Below are positions 55,052 through 64,000 of a stretch of DNA of 64,000 nucleotides, one piece after another (the stretch's first letter is position 1; each line of letters starts with the position of its first letter). The position numbers were made by a program, and so were the translations under genes. This DNA is from Eledone cirrhosa (lineage: Eukaryota), in NCBI GenBank assembly GCA_964016885.1, contig OZ024766.1:17422001-17486000 (forward strand). The letters are read 5' to 3'. The notes under the pieces are model-generated. The model was given only the letters and a program-made list of their open reading frames with translations. It ran no database searches and was not told the origin of the DNA.

Positions 55052-56494
55052 ATGGAAAATAAATTGAGTGTGAAGATAAAATGTGAAGCACAAGCTGAAA
55101 GGAGTAATATTCCTTATGAGATGTCAAAGGTTGAAGCAGAGAAGCCTTATCACTGTGATATCTGTAAAAAATCATTCTCTCAAAAGAGCATCTTAACTAA
55201 ACACAAACGTACCCATACAGGAGAGAGGCCACATCACTGTGATATCTGTGGTAAATCATTCTCTCAAAAAGGGTCATTGACTTCTCACAAACGTATACAT
55301 ACAGGAGAGAAGCCATATCACTGTCAGATTTGTAGATTATCATTCTCTGAGAAAGGTTCATTAAATTCTCACAAACGTATGCATACAGGAGACAAGCCAT
55401 ACCACTGTGATATCTGTGGTATATCATTCTCTCAAAAAGGAAACTTAACATCGCACAAACGTATGCATACAGGAGAGAAGCCATATCACTGTGATATCTG
55501 TGATAAATCATTCTCTGAAACAGGTACTTTAACTAAACACAATCGTACCCATACAGGAGAGAAGCCATATCACTGTGATATCTGCGGTAAATCATTCTCT
55601 CAAAGGGTTAATTTAATTAAACACAAATGTATACATACAGGAGATAACCTTTATCACTGTGATATCTGTGGTAAATCATTCTCTGTAAGTAGTATCTTTA
55701 TTAAGCATAAACGTATACATACAAGAGACATGCCATATCACTGTGATGTCTGTGGTAAAACATTCTCTGAAAGAGGTACATTAAATAATCACATACGTAT
55801 ACATACAGGGGAGAAGCCATATCACTGTGATATCTGTGGTAAATCATTTTCGCTAAAAGGAATCTTAACTTGTCACAAACGTACACATACAGGAGACAAG
55901 CCATATCACTGTGATATCTGTGGTAAATCATTCTCTCGAAGTAGTAACTTAACTACACACAAACGTATACATACAGGTGAGAAGCCATATCACTGTGATG
56001 TCTGTGGTAAATCATTCTCTCAACATAGTGCCTTAACTTTCCATAAACGTATACATACAGGAGACAAGCCATATCACTGTGATATCTGTGATAAATCATT
56101 CTTTGTAAGTAGTTCCTTAACTTGTCACAAACGTACCCATACAGGAGAGAGACCATACCACTGTGATATCTGTGGTAAATCATTCTCTCAAAGTAGTGAA
56201 TTAACTTCTCACAAACGTATACATACAGGAGAGAAGCCATATCACTGTGATATCTGTGATAAATCAGTTTCATCAAGTAGTACCTTAGCTTCCCACAAAC
56301 GTATACATACAGGAGAGAAGCCATACCACTGTCATATCTGTGGTAAATCATTCTCTCAAAGTAGTACCTTAACTTCTCACAATCGTATACATACAGGTGA
56401 GAAGCCATATCACTGTGGTATCTGTGGTGAATCATTCTCTCAATGTAGTAGCTTAACTAGACACAAACTTATACATGCAGAAGAGAAATGGTAA
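55052..56494 (+). CDS. Tandem C2H2 zinc-finger protein, 16 fingers, 480 aa, single coding exon, no evident effector domain
   Basis: 16 x CxxC-12-HxxxH with TGEKPY-type linkers; intact ATG-to-TAA ORF. Confidence 0.96.
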   Translation: MENKLSVKIKCEAQAERSNIPYEMSKVEAEKPYHCDICKKSFSQKSILTKHKRTHTGERPHHCDICGKSFSQKGSLTSHKRIHTGEKPYHCQICRLSFSEKGSLNSHKRMHTGDKPYHCDICGISFSQKGNLTSHKRMHTGEKPYHCDICDKSFSETGTLTKHNRTHTGEKPYHCDICGKSFSQRVNLIKHKCIHTGDNLYHCDICGKSFSVSSIFIKHKRIHTRDMPYHCDVCGKTFSERGTLNNHIRIHTGEKPYHCDICGKSFSLKGILTCHKRTHTGDKPYHCDICGKSFSRSSNLTTHKRIHTGEKPYHCDVCGKSFSQHSALTFHKRIHTGDKPYHCDICDKSFFVSSSLTCHKRTHTGERPYHCDICGKSFSQSSELTSHKRIHTGEKPYHCDICDKSVSSSSTLASHKRIHTGEKPYHCHICGKSFSQSSTLTSHNRIHTGEKPYHCGICGESFSQCSSLTRHKLIHAEEKW

Positions 56495-57520
56495 TGCATT
56501 GATATCAGTGATAAATCATTCCCTCAAAATTGAATTAAGAGAATGCAAATACATATTGTTACATATAAGGGAAATCATTCTCTTTCAATCCTACATTAAC
56601 TACACTCAAACATACATGAGGGAAGCCTTATCGCTTTTATATATGTGGTAAATCATTGTCTAAATGTTGTGGCTTCACTAGACACTAACATATACAGGAG
56701 AGGAACCATATCACTGTGATGTCTGGTAAATCCTTCTCTAAATGTTGTGGCTTCACTAGACACTAACATATACAGGAGAGGAACCATATCACTGTGATGT
56801 CTGCAGTAAATCCTTCTCTAAATGTTGTGGCTTCACTAGACACTAACATATACAGGAGAGGAACCATATCACTGTGATGTCTGCAGTAAATCCTTCTCTA
56901 CATGTTGTGGCTTCACTACACACTAACACATACAGGAGAGGAACCATATCACTGTGATGTCTGCAGTAAATCCTTCTCTATATGTTGTGGCTTCACTACA
57001 CACTAACACATACAGGAGAGGAACCATATCACTGTGATGTCTGCAGTAAATCCTTCTCTATATGTTGTGGCTTCCCTACACACTAACACATACAGGAGAG
57101 GAACCATATCACTGTGATGTCTGCAGTAAATCCTTCTCTAAATGTTGTGGCTTCACTACACACTAAGATATACAGGAGAGGAACTATATCACTGTGATGT
57201 CTGTGGTAAATCCTTCTCTAAATGTTGTGGCTTCACTACACACTAAGATATACAGGAGAGGAACCATATCACTGTGATGTCTGGTAAATCCTTCTCTAAA
57301 TGTTGTGGCTTCACTAGACACTAACATATACAGGAGAGGAACCATATAACTGTGATGTCTGTGGTAAATCCTTCTCTAAATGTTGTGGCTTCCCTGCACA
57401 CTAACATTTACAGGAGAGGAACCATATCACTGTGATGTCTGTGGTAAATAATTCTGTTGTAAAGGTTACTTAATAAAACACAAACACAATCAGACAAGAT
57501 AAAAACCATATCACTCATCC
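56495..57520 (+). pseudogene. Degenerate zinc-finger repeats downstream of the stop, including an 80/77-bp tandem array of about 10 copies
   Basis: ACAGGAGAGGAACCATATCACTGTGATGTCTG...AAATCCTTCTCT with period 80 (56781, 56861, 56941 and on). In-unit TAA and frameshift. Confidence 0.88.
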
Positions 57521-57610
57521 AAAATAGTGCCACCAATGTTGTAAATATTTTGAATAAAACTGTTTTACTAAGAAATTATTCTATATATATATATATATCT
57601 AATTAAATAA

Positions 57611-58180
57611 CACATGGCTTCGTGGTTTGAGCATTGGCCTTGCAATCGAAAGGTTGTGAGTTCCATTCTCGGACCGGGTGATGTGTTGTTTCCTTGAGCA
57701 AGACACTTTATTTCACATTGCTCCAGTTTACTCAGCTGTAGAAATGAGATGATAGGGACTGGGGTCCATGTCATTCCACTGTAAAGTGGTCGTGGAGGTG
57801 CCACGGCAAAGAAGCACCCAGCACTCACTGTAAAGTGGTCGTGGAGGTGCCACGGCAAAAAAGCACCCAGCACTCACTGTAAAGTGGTCGTGGTGGTGCC
57901 ACAGCAAAAAAGCACCCAGCACTCACTGTAAAGTGGTCGTGGAGGTGCCATGGCAAAAAAGCACCCAGCACTCACTGTAAAGTGGTCGTGGAGGTGCCAT
58001 GGCAAAAAAGCACCCAGCACTCACTGTAAAGTGGTCGTGGAGGGTCCACGGCAAAAAAGCACCCAGCACTCACTGTAAATGAGGTTAGTGTTAGGAAGGG
58101 CATCCAGCTGTAGAAATCAAGCCAGAATCAGTTCCCATCCCACCCTTGCAAGCAGGGAAAAGCGGACATTAAATGATAAT
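57611..58180 (+). mobile_element. tRNA-derived SINE with about six 49-bp units
   Basis: Head, centre, short array and RTE-type tail. Confidence 0.88.
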
Positions 58181-58372
58181 GTATTATATATAGAGCACTC
58201 TTTATCCTTTGCTTTTTCTTTGGAAATACTTAACACACAACTTATATATATATATATATTTGAGTGTTTATATATGTATATATATGTATGTGCCAGCCTC
58301 CATTCAATTTGAGGTTCTTTAATTGATTAATGAAAATACAACTAAAAATAACTTGTGAAAGATGTAATCTTT

Positions 58373-61180
58373 GGGTTTCTACAGCTGGATGCCCTTCCTA
58401 ACACCAACCATATTTACAGAGTGGACTGGGTCCTTTTTGTTGTGACACCTACATGACCACTCTACAGTGTGGACTGGGTCCTTTTTGTCGTGACACCTAC
58501 ATGACCACTTTACAGTGTGGACTGGGTACTTTTTGTTGTGACACCTACATGACCACTTTACAGAGTGGACTGGGTACTTGTCGTTGACACCTACATGACC
58601 ACTTTACAGTGTGGACTGGGTCCTTTTTGTTGTGACACCTACATGACCACTTTACAGAGTGGACTGGGTACTATTTGTCATGACACCTACATGACAACTT
58701 TACAGTGTGGACTGGGTCCTTTTTGTTGTGACACCTACATGACCACTTTACAGTGTGGACTGGGTACTATTTGTCATGACACATACATGACCACTTTACA
58801 GTGTGGACTGGGTACTTGTCGTTGACACCTACATGACCACTTTACAGTGTGGACTGGGTGCTTTTTGTTGTGACACCTACATGACCACTTTACAGTGTGG
58901 ACTGGGTGTTTTTTGTTGTGACACCTACATGACCACTTTACAGTGTGGACTGGGTACTTTTTGTTGTGACACCTACATGACCACTTTACAGTGTGGACTG
59001 GGTACTTTTTGTTGTGACACCTACATGACCACTTTACAGTGTGGACTGGGTACTTTTTGTTGTGACACCTACATGACCACTTTACAGTGTGGACTGGGTG
59101 CTTTTTGTTGTGACACCTACATGACCACTTTACAGTGTGGACTGGGTGCTTTTTGTTGTGACACCTACATGACCACTTTACAGTGTGCACTGGGTGCTTT
59201 TTGTTGCGACACCTACATGACCACTTTACAGTGTGGACTGGGTGTTTTTTGTTGTGACACCTACATGACCACTTTACAGTGTGGACTGGGTACTCTTTGT
59301 TGTGACACCTACATGACCACTTTACAGTGTGGACTGGGTGCTTTTTGTTGTGACACCTACATGATCACTTTACAGCATGGACTGGGTACCTTTTGTTGTG
59401 ACACCTACATGACCACTTTACAGTGTGGACTGGGTACTTTTTGTTGTGACACCTACATGACCACTTTACAGCGTGAACTGGGTACTTTTTGTTGTGACAC
59501 CTACATGACCACTTTACAGTGTGGACTGGGTACTTTTTGTTGTGACACCTACATGCCCACTTTACAGTGTGGACTGGGTACTATTTGTCATGACACATAC
59601 ATGACCACTTTACAGTGTGGACTGGGTACTTGTCGTTGACACCTACATGACCACTTTACAGTGTGGACTGGGTGCTTTTTGTTGTGACACCTACATGACC
59701 ACTTTACAGTGTGGACTGGGTGTTTTTTGTTGTGACACCTACATGACCACTTTACAGTGTGGACTGGGTACTTTTTGTTGTGACACCTACATGACCACTT
59801 TACAGTGTGGACTGGGTGCTTTTTGTTGTGACACCTACATGACCACTTTACAGTGTGGACTGGGTGTTTTTTGTTGTGACACCTACATGACCACTTTACA
59901 GTGTGGACTGGGTACTTTTTGTTGTGACACCTACATGACCACTTTACAGTGTGGACTGGGTACCTTTTGTTGTGACACCTACATGACCACTTTACAGTGT
60001 GGACTGGGTGCTTTTTGTTGTGACACCTACATGACCACTTTACAGTGTGGACTGGGTACCTTTTGTTGTGACACCTACATGACCACTTTACAGTGTGGAC
60101 TGGGTGTTTTTTGTTGTGACACCTACATGACCACTTTACAGTGTGGACTGGGTACTTTTTGTTGTGACACCTACATGACCACTTTACAGTGTGGACTGGG
60201 TACCTTTTGTTGTGACACCTACATGACCACTTTACAATGTGGACTGGGTGCTTTTTGTTGTGACACCTACATGACCACTTTACAGTGTGGACTGGGTACC
60301 TTTTGTTGTGACACCTACATGACCACTTTACAGTGTGGACTGGGTGTTTTTTGTTGTGACACCTACATGACCACTTTACAGTGTGGACTGGGTACTTTTT
60401 GTTGTGACACCTACATGACCACTTTACAGTGTGGACTGGGTACCTTTTGTTGTGACACCTACATGACCACTTTACAGTGTGGACTGGGTACTCTTTGTTG
60501 TGACACCTACATGACCACTTTACAGTGTGGACTGGGTGCTTTTTGTTGTGACACCTACATGACCACTTTACAGTGTGGACTGGGTGCTTTTTGTTGTGAC
60601 ACCTACATGACCACTTTACAGTGTGGACTGGGTGTTTTTTGTTGTGACACCTACATGACCACTTTACAGTGTGGACTGGGTACCTTTTGTTGTGACACCT
60701 ACATGACCACTTTACAGTGTGGGCTGGGTACTTTTTGTTGTGACACCTACATGACCACTTTACAGCATGGATGGGGACCTTTTGTTGTGACACCTACATG
60801 ACCACTTTACAGTGTGGACTGGGTGTTTTTTGTTGTGACACCTACATGACCACTTTACAGCGTGGACTGGGTGCTTTTTGTTGTGACACCTACATGACCA
60901 CTTTACAGTGTGGACTGGGTGCTTTTTGTTGTGACACCTACATGACCACTTTACAGTGTGGACTGGGTGTTTTTTGTTGTGACACCTACATGACCACTTT
61001 ACAGTGTGGACTGGGTACTTTTTGTTGTGACACCTACATGACCACTTTACAGTGTGGACTGGGTACTTTTTGTCGTGACACCTACACAACCACTTTACAG
61101 TGTGGACTGGGTGCTGTTTGTTGTGACACCTACATGACCACTTTACAGCGTGGACTGGGTGCTGTTTGTTGTGACACCTA
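58373..61180 (-). repeat. 48-bp minisatellite (about 57 copies) inside a related SINE/RTE-UTR fragment
   Basis: TTTCTACAGCTGGATGCCCTTCCTAACACCAACC followed by (TTACAGTGTGGACTGGGTGCTTTTTGTTGTGACACCTACATGACCACT)n. Confidence 0.93.
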
Positions 61181-61488
61181 TGAGTGAGGGTGTTACTCAG
61201 CATGATCGAAAACAAAACAAAGCAAAGCATAGATACATCAATTCACAAGCAGTGCAAATACAGGGTGTACAGGCGGATTAAGAGAGCTCGCAAGCATGAG
61301 TCTGTCAGAAGGATAATTGGTTAGCAGTGGTGTAGCTTTACATGTATGATTGTCTCTAGGAAGGATGGTGTACTCCAGTTATATCTCCTTGTAACAGGTC
61401 GATTCTCCGTATCATACCAACACCCTACGAACAACATCGCTTGGTTCCAGTTCCAAGCGTAAGGCGATATAATATATATATATATATA

Positions 61489-62367
61489 CAGGGTGCGGAC
61501 GATATTTGTGGCAAGATAACTGTCTAGGAAAAAATAACACAGTAGTTTTATTTGTTAAGATATATTTATCAAACTTGGGTCAGTTTGTCTTCATGACTTG
61601 TTCTTTCTATCTCACTCGATAAACCCGCCATTGGCTTTGATGACAGCCTCGGAACCAGCTATAGGCCTTCGTCACTGTCCCCCAACTTAGGCCCCTAAAG
61701 GCACTTGTGATCCTGGCCTTCAGATAGTCTTTCGTATGGCAGCTAGATCTGTTGGTGTCTCGTTCCACTGCGCCCCACACAAAGAAGTCGAGGGGGTTGC
61801 AGTCAGGCGAGCTGGGAGACCAGATGTCAGGGGAAGTGAGGTCGACGAAGTTCTCTGACAACCAGGCTTCGGTCTTTCGGCTGGTATGGCAGGGCGCTGA
61901 GTCTTGCTGCCACACGTATGGCCTATCTGCAGCTACCTGGTCGATCCAGGGCTTTACTACCTCGCTCAGAACGCAGATGTAGCCATCGGTGTTCAGCTTG
62001 AGACCCTCAGGGAAGCAGTGAGGGGGCATTACGTCACCTTGACTGCTGACGACACCTAAGACCAATGTTGTCGGTGGAAACTTTGTCTGCATGACTCTGG
62101 GCACGTCTTTGGATGAGACAGCGAGCCACCTGTTGTTCTGGGAGTTGATCTTCTGGTCTTATTTGTCCTCCCGACGCGGATTCCAAGAAGAACTCCGTGT
62201 CTCTTCCACAAATTTGGGGGTTCAAAATTATTCATAATCAATTATTCTGAAAATAAATAATGGAAATATAGTCACTGTTTTTATGAAGACAAGAGTGACA
62301 ACGGAAGTAAAAAAAATTTGCTTAAAATTAGCAGTTGAAAATTGCGAACAAATATCGTCGGCACCCT
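61489..62367 (-). mobile_element. Internally deleted Tc1/mariner transposon of DD37D (maT) type
   Basis: TIRs CAGGGTGCGGACGATATTTGT / ACAAATATCGTCGGCACCCT in a TA context. WQQDSAPCH...SPDCNPLD has 37 residues between the last two catalytic aspartates. Confidence 0.88.
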
Positions 62368-62400
<33 letters not shown>

Positions 62401-62548
62401 AACATATACAGTATTAATGGTTATCAGGCAGAGAGCATCTTAACTGTAAAAAGGACAAGGGCAGATAATTTGCCATTCGGTATTTGTGGATTATCTCCCT
62501 TATACCACAAATCTCGAACAGTAAAAATTTTATTCGTATGAAGTCATC

Positions 62549-63275
62549 TGAAAAAATATCTTTAAATAGAAGAAACAGGAGATTAAACTTGGGGTGGGGG
62601 TTACCACAGATAAAAGAGGTACTCAATACATTAGTCGTCAGCGGCTGTCAACAAATCTGGTACAGTTGGAGTAAGTGTGTACTTGGTTAGTTGGGGGTTG
62701 GGTGGCAGACAAATTTCTTCTTTGATGTTTGTCTTCACCTGACACCTTCCTGCCCTCTTCAAAGATGGCTGCAGCTGTGTTTTTTTATGGTCACTCTCCA
62801 TTTCTCTCTGTCCTCTGCCATGCGTTCGCATTCCCTGTGATCGATATTGTCTTGGATCATCTGGCGCTTGAGTTGCTCCTTGAAGCGTTTTTAGGGGACC
62901 CCCTTTGTTTCACTTGCCTTGAAAAAATATCTTTAAATAGAAGAAACAGGAGATTAAACTTGGGGTGGGGGTTACCACAGATAAAAGAGGTACTCAATAC
63001 ATTAGTCGACAGCGGCTGTCAACAAATCTGGTACAGTTGGAGTAAGTGTGTACTTGGTTAGTTGGGGGTTGGGTGGCAGGCAGATTTCTTCTTTGACACC
63101 TTCCTGCCCTCTTCAAAGATGGCTGCAGCTGTGTTTTTTTATGGTCACTCTCCATTTCTCTCTGTCCTCTGCCATGCGTTCGCATTCCCTGTGATCGATA
63201 TTGTCTTGGATCATCTGGCGCTTGAGTTGCTCCTTGAAGCGTTTTTAGGGGACCCCCTTTGTTTCACTTGCCTTG
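62549..63275. repeat. Direct duplication of about 370 bp spanning a LINE 3' end and its flank
   Basis: TGAAAAAATATCTTTAAATAGAAG at 62549 and 62920. Confidence 0.9.
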
Positions 63276-63850
63276 ACATAGTTCGCTGTAGAAAACTGCC
63301 TTTGGCATCCTGGAGTCGTCCATGCATGAGACACGACATACCCAGAAAAGCTGTCTCAGCATCAGCATGCTCTCAATACTTGTGAGGACTTCGTTGTTTG
63401 TTATATAGTCCTGCTAATGGATGCCCCGCGATGGGGCGAAGGCATCGCTGGTTGAATCTTTCCAGTAGCTTGATCTGCTTCTGGTATAGGCCCCAACTTA
63501 CAGCCCCGTAGAGGAGGGTAGTGACTACCACAGCTCTGTAGACTCTGATCTTTGTGGTGAGGTGTAGAAAGTGGTTCTGCCGCACATGTTTCTGCAAGCG
63601 CCTGAATGAGCTGCTGGTCTTGGCAATGCTGTTGTCAGTGGCCCTTTGTTGAGGTAGTGTCGTTTGTAATGACTCTTACGAAGTATGTGAAGTGCTCCAC
63701 TCCACTGAGGGGGGTGCCCATCGATGTTTAATCTATGGAGGATGGCACTCTTCATTTGCTGGCTTCTGGGACATGACTTCAGCTTTCTTGTGGCTCTTGG
63801 TCAGCCCAAAAGCTTTGGCTGCCTGGAGATCTTCCACTGGCTGCTCCAGA
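63060..63850 (-). mobile_element. Degenerate RTE-BovB-like LINE fragment
   Basis: TKIRVYRAVVVTTLLYGAVSW...LLERFNQRCLR; RGQ-R.KD-type motif, with frameshifts. Confidence 0.8.
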
Positions 63851-63856
63851 ATGTCA

Positions 63857-64000
63857 AACCACCACCACCACCACCACCACCAACAACAACAATAACACCA
63901 CCACCACCAACAACAATAACACCACCACCACCAACAATAACAACACCATCACCAACAACAATAACACCACCACCACCAACAATAACACCACCATCACCAC
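63857..64000. repeat. (CAC/CAA)n tract
   Basis: Simple repeat. Confidence 0.9.

Noticed and set aside
55197-56435. Antisense ORFs over the ZNF gene
   Set aside because: Shadow frames of the repetitive finger-coding sequence.
58565-61230. Cys-rich repeat ORFs (CCDTYMTTLQCGLG) resembling a metal-binding protein
   Set aside because: A 48-bp unit divisible by 3, open on both strands and derived from a TE module.

Overview
Eukaryotic, extremely repeat-rich DNA, most likely a coleoid cephalopod (octopus-like). This is an inference from the [13 protein letters not shown]-type C2H2 gene and the SINE/RTE repertoire. Two host genes are visible. One is a minus-strand, five-exon, divergent OGFr-domain gene reconstructed by hand (exons 31964-32015, 27044-27122, 24297-24363, 5847-5989, 3690-3903; 5' end not found). 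The other is a plus-strand 16-finger C2H2 zinc-finger gene (55052-56494). The rest consists of RTE, CR1 and Tx1-like LINE fragments, tRNA-derived SINEs, a DD37D mariner-type remnant, a piggyBac-like MITE, a Helitron-like element, microsatellites and many minisatellites that arose inside transposable elements. The least obvious signal is a dense set of minimal type I hammerhead-ribozyme motifs from about 8 unrelated sequence families. They often lie in inverted-repeat pairs and include core variants and fold-back palindromes centred on stem II. Almost all long ORFs in the supplied track are repeat artefacts. All homology calls are from memory of the families, not from database searches.
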